Virus record (IMG/VR): IMGVR_UViG_3300025913_000025
Span: 32,001-96,000 of that record
Strand: one strand, 5' to 3'
DNA length: 64,000 nucleotides
Source of the DNA: a virus
A program made the position numbers and the translations under genes. This document shows positions 1-9,739 of this stretch, piece after piece (the first letter of the stretch is position 1; each line of letters begins with the position of its first letter). The notes below the pieces were generated by a model, which was not told the DNA's origin, searched no databases, and worked only from the letters and a program-made list of their open reading frames with translations.

Positions 1-10
1 CGAGATCAAG

Positions 11-346
11 ATGATCAAGGACGCGGCACAGGCATGGACGCCACCGGCATCGATGGAAGCGAAGCGGATCGAGTGTGCTTGTTCAGAACACGTGAGGTTT
101 CTTACGAACCAGATCGTGTTGCGTATTCTCGTGCATCGGACACCGCTCGACCGGTCCAATTACGTCGTACCGCTGGCCGCGATCGTGAACATCCCGCGCA
201 CATGGATGGGACAGCCACCGGGTAAATTCGCCGAAGCCTTGCACAGTATCCTGAATAGCGAGGGGACTTTCTCGCCGCTGGCCGAAGCCGCGATCTTGAT
301 GAATCCGGTCACGATGATCGATCCGGTGGAAGGAGGATCGCTTTGA
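11..346 (+). CDS. hypothetical protein (may be 5'-truncated by window edge)
   Basis: ORF whose stop overlaps the next start (TTGA); GGAGG SD for next gene lies in its 3' end. Confidence 0.5.
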   Translation: MIKDAAQAWTPPASMEAKRIECACSEHVRFLTNQIVLRILVHRTPLDRSNYVVPLAAIVNIPRTWMGQPPGKFAEALHSILNSEGTFSPLAEAAILMNPVTMIDPVEGGSL

Positions 347-1071
347 CCGACCACAGCAAATACGACGTTGACTCCTGGACGAAGAAGCCGCCCGAACCGC
401 CGCCTCTCGAACTGCCGGCCGTATACACGACGATCGCATCTGCCGATTGCGACCCATTCCCGCGCCCGTTCACCGGCGACCCCTACGAAGCGGCGGCTCC
501 GCTCATCGCGCGATTGCGGGAGGTCCTCGGATGCTGGAAGGGCGACAACTTCGGAAGCAAGTCCAACCGTCTTCGCGCTGAACTATTCGCGCTCGCGGCG
601 AAGGTCCCCGACTGGCACAACGTCGTCTTCGCCGAGATCGTCGCGTCCGCCATGAGGCAGTTCGGCAATCGGCCGATCCATGCCGCGTTCCGAATTGAAT
701 CGGAAGATGACCGCAGTTTTGCGAACACGCACGGCGTTGCGTTCCATCGCCGCGGGACTTCGAACTACGGAGCGATCGACAAAATCGCCAAGTCGTTGGT
801 TGGACCGTTGATGGAGGAAATCGAACAGGTGACGAGGACGCACGGCGGTTCTCTTCCGACGCTTGTCGCCGCGAGGTTTCCCGACTACACACCTGTCAAC
901 GACGTGCTGATCGCGGATGTCATGTTCGACAACAAGCTCCCTGTTCGGTTCTACAGCAATCTGACCATGGGTTTATTGTGGAACGAATTCCGCGTGGCCG
1001 TCACGGTGCGGATCGACGGCATGAGGCACAGCGAAGCCTACGAGGTCGATTGGAAGCGGCTGGAGCTTTGA
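343..1071 (+). CDS. hypothetical protein
   Basis: 242-aa ORF, SD GGAGG, coupled to upstream ORF. Confidence 0.65.
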   Translation: MTDHSKYDVDSWTKKPPEPPPLELPAVYTTIASADCDPFPRPFTGDPYEAAAPLIARLREVLGCWKGDNFGSKSNRLRAELFALAAKVPDWHNVVFAEIVASAMRQFGNRPIHAAFRIESEDDRSFANTHGVAFHRRGTSNYGAIDKIAKSLVGPLMEEIEQVTRTHGGSLPTLVAARFPDYTPVNDVLIADVMFDNKLPVRFYSNLTMGLLWNEFRVAVTVRIDGMRHSEAYEVDWKRLEL

Positions 1072-1105
1072 GGCGGATCGGCGCACCCTCTTGCGTTAAG
1101 GCATC

Positions 1106-1134
1106 TTGCGATTTATCTTTGGCGGGTACATACT
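1106..1134 (+). promoter_or_regulatory. sigma70-like promoter for head operon
   Basis: TTGCGA-17-CATACT upstream of protease gene. Confidence 0.5.
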
Positions 1135-1191
1135 TAGACCTAGAAGGGATAACGCAAGGTCGAGCGGTTCCCGACACGAGGCAGGGCCCAG

Positions 1192-3255
1192 ATGCCACAA
1201 GTTGCGGAAGTGAAAGCGAACCGCTTCAAGGAATTCTCGGCCAAGGTGCGCGTCGTCGATGCCTCGGAAGAGGCGAACGTCGATGTCGTCGCCGTCGTCA
1301 CGTGTGACTCGGTGGATGCCGATGAAGAGGTCGTTCTCCCGGGCGGAGCCGACCTGAGCCGGTACATCAAGGCACCGCGGATCCAGCTCTGTCACGCCTA
1401 CGGAAAGCCAGGCGAATACTACCCGCTCCCGGTCGGCAAGGCGCTTTGGACCAAGCGCGAAGGCCGAACCCTGATGCAAGGGATCCGGTTCGCCAAGACG
1501 GAGATGGGCCAGGAAGTCGCGGAACTGTTCCGTGACGGCATGATGAACACGTTCTCGATCGGGTTCATCTCGCTCGAGGCTTCTCCGCCGACGAAGGCCG
1601 AGATCGTGGCAAGGCCGGAGTGGAAGGACGCGAAGCTCATCCATCGCAAGTGGCAGCTCCTCGAAGTCTCCGCCGTGCCGATCCCGAGTAACGAAAACGC
1701 GATCGGTGAATGGGTCCGCAAGGGCCACCGGATCCCGAAGTTCCTCATTGTCAAAGGAGGTCGATCCGTGGCCAAGAAAAGTGGCGACCCTGTTCCCGAG
1801 CCGCATGACACAGCGACCGACAAGCCCACCGATCACGACCCCGGGCGAGAGCCACACGATTTTACCCCCGGCGATCACGTCGAGGTCGACAAAGCCATGG
1901 GCGGCGGATGCGGGAGCGTGAAGTCGGTCCACGGCGAGGGGGAGGACCTGCCCGACGATGCCGAGGACATGACGGACGGCCACCGGCCCGCGGCAAAGGT
2001 CGAGATGCACGACGCCGAGCATAAGTGTACCGGCGTGATGAAGTGCTTCGGTCGAAAAAGCATGGCCATGGTCGCGACCGAGCACAAGGCCGTGACGGAT
2101 GCCACGCTCAAGATCGGCGACAAGATCATCGTTCACTCGATGGCCGGAGGTGGATTCGGAATCATCAAGTCGATCCACAAGGGAACCGTTACTAACGTCG
2201 ATGAAGACTTTACCGACGGTAGCGAGGACCCTGCGGCGAAGGTCGCGATCATCGATGCCGATGGTCGCGATACCGGGAAGACGATCGGCGCTCTGGCGAA
2301 GCATCTTGCCCTGATCAACGACAAGTCTTACTACGGTTCCCCGTGGATGGGCGAGGAAGCGGAGAAGGGCAACGCCTACCGGATCATGGCGCAAGGCCTG
2401 ATCGACCGGCACAAGAAGATCATGCGGACGCAGAAGGCCGGGCATCTGTACGCTCGGCAGGACAAGATGGAAGCCCATTACGTCCGGCACAAGTCGGACG
2501 ATGATGACACCAAGGGCTACCACACTGCCGAACAGTGCAAGGCCATGCTCGGCGAAGCTCCGGGCTGCAAGGCCGTCACGGTGGACGTCGATCATCCGCC
2601 CGATGAAGACGCCTGGGAAATGCTCCATCCCGCGCCCCCGTCCCACGATATGTGGTTCGCTCGCTCGATCAAGGCGATGAATGAGGCGAGCGGGACTGAG
2701 GGGGGATACACGCTCGCGCCGGAGACCCGGGTCGACCACTCCGGTGAGGACGACTTCCTTGAGGAAGAGACCCCGACCTACATGCCCAAGCCGCGCGAGG
2801 TCGTTCAGTGGGAGGACCACGAAGGGATGCACGCGGGTGCCGGCCGGGTCAAGTCGATCCACATGAGCGGCAAGGCCGTTCCGGATGTGATGAACGAGTG
2901 TATCGGGACCAAGGAAGTCCCGCATGCAAGAATCAACCTCTTCAAGAAGGGGGAGGACGGCGACTACACCGAGACCGAGCATCATGTCGGTGTGAAATGC
3001 AAAATGTGCAAACGGATGCCGATCCTGAGCGTCAGTGCCAAGACGGTACAGGCACCCGTGGTTGAGCGCAAGGAAGCGCCGGCGCGGACCGAGCCGGCTC
3101 CCGAGGGGCCGACGCTCAAGCGCATCCCCAAGGTTCAGACCGAGGAGCAGTTCCAGGCGGAGATGTACCAGACGTTGAAGTCGCGAGAATCCGCCCCCGA
3201 GTTCAAGCAGAAGGCGATTGACGAAGCGGTCAGACAATACATCGGCGGGGTGTAA
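1192..3255 (+). CDS. HK97-family prohead protease with long C-terminal extension (three SH3/Tudor-like repeats)
   Basis: Protease motifs VDADEEVV, LCH..LPVGK, TFSIGF, LLEVSAVPIPSNENA; directly upstream of capsid. Confidence 0.9.
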   Translation: MPQVAEVKANRFKEFSAKVRVVDASEEANVDVVAVVTCDSVDADEEVVLPGGADLSRYIKAPRIQLCHAYGKPGEYYPLPVGKALWTKREGRTLMQGIRFAKTEMGQEVAELFRDGMMNTFSIGFISLEASPPTKAEIVARPEWKDAKLIHRKWQLLEVSAVPIPSNENAIGEWVRKGHRIPKFLIVKGGRSVAKKSGDPVPEPHDTATDKPTDHDPGREPHDFTPGDHVEVDKAMGGGCGSVKSVHGEGEDLPDDAEDMTDGHRPAAKVEMHDAEHKCTGVMKCFGRKSMAMVATEHKAVTDATLKIGDKIIVHSMAGGGFGIIKSIHKGTVTNVDEDFTDGSEDPAAKVAIIDADGRDTGKTIGALAKHLALINDKSYYGSPWMGEEAEKGNAYRIMAQGLIDRHKKIMRTQKAGHLYARQDKMEAHYVRHKSDDDDTKGYHTAEQCKAMLGEAPGCKAVTVDVDHPPDEDAWEMLHPAPPSHDMWFARSIKAMNEASGTEGGYTLAPETRVDHSGEDDFLEEETPTYMPKPREVVQWEDHEGMHAGAGRVKSIHMSGKAVPDVMNECIGTKEVPHARINLFKKGEDGDYTETEHHVGVKCKMCKRMPILSVSAKTVQAPVVERKEAPARTEPAPEGPTLKRIPKVQTEEQFQAEMYQTLKSRESAPEFKQKAIDEAVRQYIGGV

Positions 3256-3398
3256 CCGCCGTTCACCGATAGCAGACCTACCGAGATTTGAGATATCAGG
3301 GCGTCACCCCCGGGGAAACCTTCGAGGTTTTAGGGCGGATCGACCCCGGGGATATGCCGCCTCTTGGTTGTCACCCCATCTTTCACAAGGGGCCAACC

Positions 3399-4862
3399 TT
3401 GAAACGCAAGTACAAGTGCCTGAAGGGCTTCAAAGCGCCCAACGGGACCGTGATCTTCGAGAAGGGGACCGACACCGAGCCGCGGTTCTACGTCCTTGAG
3501 GAAGAGGACGCTCAGGAATCGATCGCCGGTGGTTATCTCGAGGCCGTCGCCGTGAGCGAGATGGAGCTCATGATGACGCGCGCCATCGAGGCCTACGAGG
3601 AGAAGCGCGCGCCCTTGACGGCCGCCAACACCGCGTCGATCGTCTCGGCGGTGTTCGAGAAGCTCTATGACAACAAGGGCCCGCTCAACGTCCGCGTGAT
3701 CACGGATGAGGCCGACAAGACGAAGGGACTCGGTGAGTTCCTCCAGTGCGTCGGAATCTACGGCGACCCGCAGGCGCCGGCGAGCCAGAAGACCTGGGCG
3801 GGCAAGACGCTCGAGGAAGTGTACAGCAAGCGGGCGGATCCCAGCTTCGCGGACCGCTACCAGAAGTCGCAGGAAGCGATGGGCATCAACCGGAAGACGG
3901 CGTTGGCCGAGTCTTCGGGCATCACGGGCGGTTACACCGTGCCGACCGAATACTCCATGGCGCTGCTCGAGATCCGGCCGGAAGACAACCTCATGGTTGG
4001 CTTCACGGACGACTACCCGATGACGGGCCGCGAGCTGAAGATGCCGGTCCTCGACCAGACGACCCCGAGCGGCGTCGTCGGCCAGACGTCTTACTTCGGC
4101 GGCGTGGTTGCCACCTGGACGGCGGAAGCCGCCACCAGGCAGGAAACCGAGCCCAAGTTCCGCGAGGCGACTCTCGTTGCGAACGAGCTCTCCGGTTACG
4201 CGCTCGCGTCCCGGAACGTGCTCTACGACAACAAGGTCGCGCTCGAGATGCGGCTCACCAAGCTCTTTGGTGGTGCCGTGTCCTGGTTCCGCGATTACGC
4301 GTACCTGAACGGCGATGGCGTCGGCAAGCCTCGCGGCATCCTTGGTGCGCCGGCAACCCTGCACGTCGACCGCGCGGTCGCGAATCAGGTGAACTACGCC
4401 GACGTGACGGCGATGTATGGCCTGCTCATGCCGCAGTCCATCCCCACCGCGTTCTGGGCGATGCAGCAGAGCGTGTTGGCCAACTTCCTCCAGATGGCCG
4501 ACAGCCAGGGCCGGTATGTCGTTCAGCCCTACTACCCGACCTACCAGGCCGGCGTGGCAGGCGGTCCGGCAACCGTCCGGCCGATCATGACGATGCTCGG
4601 CCTGCCCATCAAGACGTCGGAAAAGCTCAACACCTTGGGCTCGACCGGCGACCTGATGCTGATCGACCCGAAGCAGTATTTCACTTCCTCGCGCCAGGAG
4701 CTCGAGATCGCTGCGTCCGAGCACTACCGCTTCATCAACAACCAGATCACCTACCGGTTCATCTGGAGAGGCGATGGCGAAGCGTGGATGAACTCCTACT
4801 TCACGCTCCAGGATCAGACGACCAAGATTTCTCCCTTCGTATGTTTGGATGTGCATTCGTGA
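3399..4862 (+). CDS. major capsid protein, HK97 fold
   Basis: GGYTVPTE, WTAEAA..QETEPKF, YLNGDGVGKPRGIL, LGLPI, SPFVCL; TTG start at 3399 after AAGGGG (ORF track starts 3288). Confidence 0.95.
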   Translation: MKRKYKCLKGFKAPNGTVIFEKGTDTEPRFYVLEEEDAQESIAGGYLEAVAVSEMELMMTRAIEAYEEKRAPLTAANTASIVSAVFEKLYDNKGPLNVRVITDEADKTKGLGEFLQCVGIYGDPQAPASQKTWAGKTLEEVYSKRADPSFADRYQKSQEAMGINRKTALAESSGITGGYTVPTEYSMALLEIRPEDNLMVGFTDDYPMTGRELKMPVLDQTTPSGVVGQTSYFGGVVATWTAEAATRQETEPKFREATLVANELSGYALASRNVLYDNKVALEMRLTKLFGGAVSWFRDYAYLNGDGVGKPRGILGAPATLHVDRAVANQVNYADVTAMYGLLMPQSIPTAFWAMQQSVLANFLQMADSQGRYVVQPYYPTYQAGVAGGPATVRPIMTMLGLPIKTSEKLNTLGSTGDLMLIDPKQYFTSSRQELEIAASEHYRFINNQITYRFIWRGDGEAWMNSYFTLQDQTTKISPFVCLDVHS

Positions 4863-4881
4863 TAAATGAGCGAAAGCTCAG

Positions 4882-4948
4882 TTGACACGTATGAGGCATC
4901 CTGAAATGATAGGCGCCCGAACGAACTTCGCCGGTTCGTTCGGGCACC
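4882..4948 (+). promoter_or_regulatory. promoter plus leader hairpin of HNH gene
   Basis: TTGACA-17-AATGAT; inverted repeat GGCGCCCGAACGAAC/GTTCGTTCGGGCACC at 4912-4948. Confidence 0.5.
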
Positions 4949-4979
4949 ATTTACACGCCAACCTGAATCGGAGGTCGGA

Positions 4980-5600
4980 ATGTCGGAAACAATCGTACCG
5001 CGCGAAACCATCTTTGACGACTCGCCCGGAGAAGAATGGCGTTGGATTCCGGGATGGCCGGCTTATCAGGTTTCGGATCGCGGCCGTGTCAAAAGTTTCT
5101 GGACTCGCGAAGGTTCTCCGCGAAACGGCACGCTTCGAATGGTCGTGGGATCAGTCGGAAAGATCCTGAAACCGGCGTGCGAGCCGAAAACTGGACACTG
5201 GCATGTCACGCTTGGGAAAGGCGCTTCAGGTGGGCAGAAAACGTTCAAGAACAGCCGGCTCGTCCTGATGGCATTCGACCGCCTGCCTATTGGAAAAGAG
5301 GATGCGAGGCACCTGCACGATCCGGATCCGCGAAACTGCAATCGATCGAATCTCGCGTGGGGTTCACGGCTTGATAATTTTAAAGACTTCGAACGGCACA
5401 CGGGGATGAGACTGAACGCAAAGCTCTCGATGCAACAAATCGAGGAAATCCGATCGCGGATCGACGGAGTGCGAGGAACCCAACGGCGACTGGCAAAAGA
5501 GTTCAACGTTTCGGTTCAATTGGTGACTTTGATCAAGCAAGGAAGAACAGGCTCAGATTCAAGGAAAACGCTCAATGACGACGGATCGTATTCTCTTTAA
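4980..5600 (+). CDS. NUMOD4-HNH homing endonuclease with C-terminal HTH
   Basis: EEWRWIPGWPAYQVSDRGRVKS (NUMOD4); RLVLMAF..ARHLHD...NRSNLAWG (HNH). Confidence 0.9.
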   Translation: MSETIVPRETIFDDSPGEEWRWIPGWPAYQVSDRGRVKSFWTREGSPRNGTLRMVVGSVGKILKPACEPKTGHWHVTLGKGASGGQKTFKNSRLVLMAFDRLPIGKEDARHLHDPDPRNCNRSNLAWGSRLDNFKDFERHTGMRLNAKLSMQQIEEIRSRIDGVRGTQRRLAKEFNVSVQLVTLIKQGRTGSDSRKTLNDDGSYSL

Positions 5601-5740
5601 TCGGCGAGCCGTCAAACCGGCGTGAAATGGGCGGTGCCACGGCACCGGTCAAACGCCAATTCGCACAAGCGTCCCGTGTCGAACTATTCCAGGGTCGAGA
5701 ACCCGTTCGGGTTCTCTCTGGTTCAATCGAAGGAAACAGC

Positions 5741-6184
5741 ATGTATACTGAACAACTCAGTCAGCAATTGGCCTTCATGGGCCAGGTCATCCCCGCGACG
5801 GCGGCGACCGGCTCGAGCATGGTCACGGAGGCCATCCCGCTCGGCAACCAGCGCCGCACGCTGTTCACGCTCCAGATGGGTGGGTTCGCGACCAGCGGTG
5901 CCGCGCAAATCTTGGTCCAGGGTGCCACGGCATCCGGTGCGACCTTCACCACGATCACGTCGCTCACTTCGCCGTTCCTCACGGCATCGGGAGCGGTGCA
6001 GTCGGAGGCGACGGAGGAAAACATCGTCGCGCTCAACCTTGGGTACCAATGGTTGAAAGGCGTGGTCTCAGTGACAGGAGCCAATGTCAGCGGTATCGCA
6101 CTCAGCGTCTACGGTGGAAATTTTCGCTGGGGTCCGGGATCGCAGTATAACCGGAGTTACGTACTCTCACCGACAATTTTCTGA
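5741..6184 (+). CDS. putative head decoration/cement protein
   Basis: Thr/Ala/Gly-rich beta protein downstream of capsid; ATG 5741 after AAGGA; function positional. Confidence 0.6.
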   Translation: MYTEQLSQQLAFMGQVIPATAATGSSMVTEAIPLGNQRRTLFTLQMGGFATSGAAQILVQGATASGATFTTITSLTSPFLTASGAVQSEATEENIVALNLGYQWLKGVVSVTGANVSGIALSVYGGNFRWGPGSQYNRSYVLSPTIF

Positions 6185-6218
6185 GGTGTTTATGTGAGTA
6201 ATCGTCGAACGATGACGG

Positions 6219-6283
6219 TTGCAAAGCAGAACACATCCGGGTAAAATGCGAGGCCATCGGAAGCGTCAACTTCCGATGGCCTC
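6219..6283 (+). promoter_or_regulatory. promoter plus leader hairpin of HNH gene
   Basis: TTGCAA-17-TAAAAT; perfect 14-bp stem 6250-6283. Confidence 0.6.
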
Positions 6284-6312
6284 TTTCACAAGCCCCTTGA
6301 CTGGAGGGACTC

Positions 6313-7122
6313 ATGTCGGAATCGATTATCACGAATCAAGCCGTTCCTGTCATCAGCCAAGGGGAATTCGCGTTCGGCGATCTTCCGGAAACGGAAGAAT
6401 GGCGAGGCATCGTCGGATTCGAGGGGTACGAAGTCTCGAATCTCGGGCGTGTGCGCAGTTGGAAAGTTATCGGCGGCCATCGAAAACGATCTAGTGAGCC
6501 ACGGATTAAAACGCTCACACCAGATCCCGAAGGCTATTTGAACGTAGGGCTTTGGAAAAACGGCAAAACGATTCTAAAAGGCGTGCATAGGCTCGTTTTG
6601 ATCGCATTCGTCGGAATCCGCAGTTCCAAGATTCAATCCCGTCATATCGACGGCAACCCCGCCAACAATTTGCTGTCCAATTTAGAGTGGGGCACGGCCA
6701 AGCAAAACGCAGACGACAGGACGAGGCATGGGAGAACTCCAATGGCCTCGGTTCACTATGCGACCGAGTTCACAGAAGAGACGATTATTGAGATTCGCCG
6801 AAGACGTGCTGCCGGTGAAAGACAAATCAGTCTTGCGGCTGAGTTCGGAATCACGAGGGCTGGAATTTCAGGGATTTGCGTGGGAAGAACATGGGCATCT
6901 GTGAAAGAAGGTCTTGAGGTATCAAGAAAATCGCATAGCGAAGCGCGAAAACTCCGTGGGGAAGGAACAAAATCGTCCAAAATCACAGCGCTTCAGGCAT
7001 CAGAAATCAAAGCGAGACTTCGCAACGGCGAGAGTCACGCCTCGATCGCGTCTCGGTTTGGGGTCAGTCCATCATACGTCACTCTGATGAACAGAGGTAA
7101 ACTCTGGTCCGAGGTCGATTAA
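6313..7122 (+). CDS. NUMOD4-HNH homing endonuclease with two C-terminal HTH repeats
   Basis: EEWRGIVGFEGYEVSNLGRVRS; VHRLVLIAF, RHIDGNPANNLLSNLEWG; lower GC than neighbours. Confidence 0.92.
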   Translation: MSESIITNQAVPVISQGEFAFGDLPETEEWRGIVGFEGYEVSNLGRVRSWKVIGGHRKRSSEPRIKTLTPDPEGYLNVGLWKNGKTILKGVHRLVLIAFVGIRSSKIQSRHIDGNPANNLLSNLEWGTAKQNADDRTRHGRTPMASVHYATEFTEETIIEIRRRRAAGERQISLAAEFGITRAGISGICVGRTWASVKEGLEVSRKSHSEARKLRGEGTKSSKITALQASEIKARLRNGESHASIASRFGVSPSYVTLMNRGKLWSEVD

Positions 7123-7134
7123 CCCGAAGGCACC

Positions 7135-8871
7135 ATGGCAAAGATACAACAGCGCGTAGTCTTCCGTGACCACGAACTCGCTCACCGCTATCTCGACGGT
7201 TTCAAAGGAATCGAGATCGGCGCAAGCGAGAACAATCCGCACAACATCGCCGGCACGATCAACGTCGACTACTCTGACGAACACACGCGATTCAAGGAGG
7301 TCGAGGTCGAAATCTGCGGGACCGCCTGCAAAGTGGATGTCGTTGCGGAAGCCGACGAGTTGCCATTTGACGATAGCAGCCAGGATTTCGTGCTTTCCAG
7401 TCACGTCTTCGAACATCTTCCCGACCCGATCAAGGCCGTCAAAGAATGGATTCGCGTGGTTCGTCCGGGCGGAATTATTTTCGCCGTCGTGGCGTTGAGC
7501 GAAGGTCCAGGGACTCACCCTGCGGATAACGGAAAGCCGATCACGGAACTCGACCATTACGCCGAAGACCATGAGCGGGGCGAGACGGTCGAGACGCATC
7601 CAATCCCCGAGGGTCACGAAAAGCGTGGACACTACCATCGCTTCAGTTACCAATCGATGAAAGCGTTCGTCAAACGATTCTTTCCGACCGAACTGAAGTA
7701 CATCGACGGAGAACCAACAGACTCCAAGGTTGGAGTTGGCCATACTCACGTCCTCCGAGTCACCAAGCCGACCCCCACCGGCTCGCCCAGGATCGACATC
7801 AAGCCCCAGCGCGTCCGCGTCTGGATCAACATGCCCGATGAAACGGGATGCACCTACTATCGGGCGGCCGCGCCGTTCCAGTTCTGCCACGAGGAGCTTT
7901 CCCAGAAAGGCATCGACCTGTACCGCGGTGGCGTCGACGGCGGCGCGATGCCGGACTCGAGCTACGACGTTTACGTTCAGCAACGGGCGCCCGATCCGAG
8001 CGCGTACACGTTCTTTCACTGGGTTCTCAAGAGCAATCGGCGCCTGATCTGGGAACTGGACGACGACTTCAACAGCATCCCGAAGTGGTCGCCGGCCTAC
8101 GAGGGGGTTCGCAAGGGCGGAAACTTCGCCGCACTGGGTTGCTACCTCGACTTCGCGCACGCGATCACGACGTCGACCCCGTTCCTCGCGGCGAAGATCG
8201 AGGCCGATTTCACGTTCACCAAGGGGAAGACGGTGGTTCTGCCCAACCTGGTGGACGTCTCGAAGTACCGGCGCGTCCTCCCGAGCCCGGGCCGGACGAA
8301 GCGGATCATCTGGACGGGGTCCGGATTCCATGCGGCCGATCTCGAGCTTCTGGTCCCGGTCGTTCAGAAGATCGTTGACGAGACGGATTGGGAATTCGTC
8401 TTCATGGGCGCGATCCCGCCCGACATCTTCAAGTTCCCCGAGCGGCGAGTCTGGAGTCTCGGAGGAGCGCAGATCAAATACTACCCGCGGCTCCTGTGCG
8501 AGCTGTCGGCCGACGTCGCGGTGATCCCGCTCACCCGCACTCTATTTGACCGGAGCAAATCCGCGATCAAATGGATGGAATGCAGCCTGGCGGGCGCGGC
8601 TGTCGTGGCGACCAAGTTCGGTCCCTACGAGGATGCGATCGAGGATGGTCAGACCGGGATTTTCATCGAGAACCCAAACGACCCCGACGAATGGATGGGC
8701 GGGATCCGGTACGCGCTCGAGCATCGGGAACGGCTCGTCGCCAACGCGATTCCCGAGGTGATGAACGGTCACTCGTGGCATTCGATGGTCAATCGGCAGC
8801 GTTGGGTGGACTTTTTCGTGGAGCAAGCGAGACTTTCCATCGAGTTTCAGAACGCGCACCCATTGCCTTGA
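7135..8871 (+). CDS. class I SAM methyltransferase fused to GT-B glycosyltransferase
   Basis: GIEIGA, LPFDDSSQDFVLSSHVFEH, EWIRVVRPGG; then WELDDD, IIWTGSGFH, KSAIKWMECSLAG. Confidence 0.85.
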   Translation: MAKIQQRVVFRDHELAHRYLDGFKGIEIGASENNPHNIAGTINVDYSDEHTRFKEVEVEICGTACKVDVVAEADELPFDDSSQDFVLSSHVFEHLPDPIKAVKEWIRVVRPGGIIFAVVALSEGPGTHPADNGKPITELDHYAEDHERGETVETHPIPEGHEKRGHYHRFSYQSMKAFVKRFFPTELKYIDGEPTDSKVGVGHTHVLRVTKPTPTGSPRIDIKPQRVRVWINMPDETGCTYYRAAAPFQFCHEELSQKGIDLYRGGVDGGAMPDSSYDVYVQQRAPDPSAYTFFHWVLKSNRRLIWELDDDFNSIPKWSPAYEGVRKGGNFAALGCYLDFAHAITTSTPFLAAKIEADFTFTKGKTVVLPNLVDVSKYRRVLPSPGRTKRIIWTGSGFHAADLELLVPVVQKIVDETDWEFVFMGAIPPDIFKFPERRVWSLGGAQIKYYPRLLCELSADVAVIPLTRTLFDRSKSAIKWMECSLAGAAVVATKFGPYEDAIEDGQTGIFIENPNDPDEWMGGIRYALEHRERLVANAIPEVMNGHSWHSMVNRQRWVDFFVEQARLSIEFQNAHPLP

Positions 8872-8877
8872 CGCGCG

Positions 8878-8888
8878 ATTGCGGCAAT
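8878..8888. promoter_or_regulatory. palindromic operator candidate within promoter
   Basis: ATTGCGGCAAT inside TTGCCT-17-AATAAT (8863-8891). Confidence 0.5.
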
Positions 8889-8935
8889 AATCCAGCGCAT
8901 GAGATTACTTCCTTTTCATCGATTGGAGAGTCACC

Positions 8936-9364
8936 GTGGATCCCGCGTTGGATTATGACGTGCTGCGCGTGTATGTCGGTGCGCTTCCGCCCGAGGATCG
9001 CCAGGTCTTCGAGCTGATGGCAGGCCTCGAAGGAAACGATCCCGTCTCGGACCGGAACGAGATCAAGGAAGCGCTGGAGCTCAAGAAGGGCAAGACAGCG
9101 GGCCGCATCGAGCGCGCGTTCCGTCGGCTCCGCGCGGCGGCTGAGATTGACGCGGACGTCGAGGACGACGACATCATCGAGAGCTTGATCATCGGCGAGA
9201 CGCGACGACGGGCGAGACTGGTGATCAAGATACACACCTGCCAGCGAGCCGAAGAGGAAGCGCCGGTAGCCGAACCCAAGAACGGGTTCCAGGGGCTTTT
9301 TTGCGATCAATCGCCTGCCGACGTCCCAGCGGATGCGAACGAAGACGACGACCTTCCGCTCTGA
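8936..9364 (+). CDS. stand-alone sigma70 region-4-like HTH protein with acidic tail
   Basis: LPPEDRQVFELMAGLEG..EIKEALEL...IERAFRRLR resembles sigma region 4; SD GGAGAG. Confidence 0.6.
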   Translation: MDPALDYDVLRVYVGALPPEDRQVFELMAGLEGNDPVSDRNEIKEALELKKGKTAGRIERAFRRLRAAAEIDADVEDDDIIESLIIGETRRRARLVIKIHTCQRAEEEAPVAEPKNGFQGLFCDQSPADVPADANEDDDLPL

Positions 9365-9373
9365 GGTGAATCG

Positions 9374-9739
9374 ATGGCGCTCCGCTCGAGGAGGTGGGTT
9401 GACCGGAAGACCGGCCAGAGAGTGACCCGCGCTGATTTGGCGCGGTTCCTCTTTGAAGATGATTCCTGCACGCTCGGCGGGATTACCGTGCCGTCTTTGC
9501 GCCCCATGATGCTTCTGTGCCCAAAATGCAAACTTCTCGCGTTCCGAAGCGGCGAGCACGCGTTTTTTGATTCCAACAACGTCGTCTACGACTGCTACGA
9601 ATGCGGATACTTTGCCTGGGACGAATCGACCCAATCCGAGCATCCGTTGCCCGCATATTGGATCGCGGACGCGAAGTCCTGGGGCGCATACGAGGATTCC
9701 GAGGTAGGAAAAGATCATGACCGATCCCAATCGCCGTGA
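9374..9739 (+). CDS. Zn-ribbon hypothetical protein
   Basis: CPKC...CYEC; SD GAGG. Confidence 0.55.
   Translation: MALRSRRWVDRKTGQRVTRADLARFLFEDDSCTLGGITVPSLRPMMLLCPKCKLLAFRSGEHAFFDSNNVVYDCYECGYFAWDESTQSEHPLPAYWIADAKSWGAYEDSEVGKDHDRSQSP

Noticed and set aside
1096-4856. Long antisense ORFs (713 aa, 508 aa) and similar shadows elsewhere
   Set aside because: They mirror well-supported plus-strand genes; expected from high-GC codon bias; no motifs or SD.
3746-4885. 379-aa same-strand alternative frame in the capsid gene
   Set aside because: Arg/Pro-rich off-frame composition with no SD or motifs, unlike the MTase overlap where both frames carry needed motifs.
4863-7134. HNH genes as group I intron cargo
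   Set aside because: Capsid and decoration ORFs end cleanly on both sides, flanks are short, and I could not identify intron core elements.
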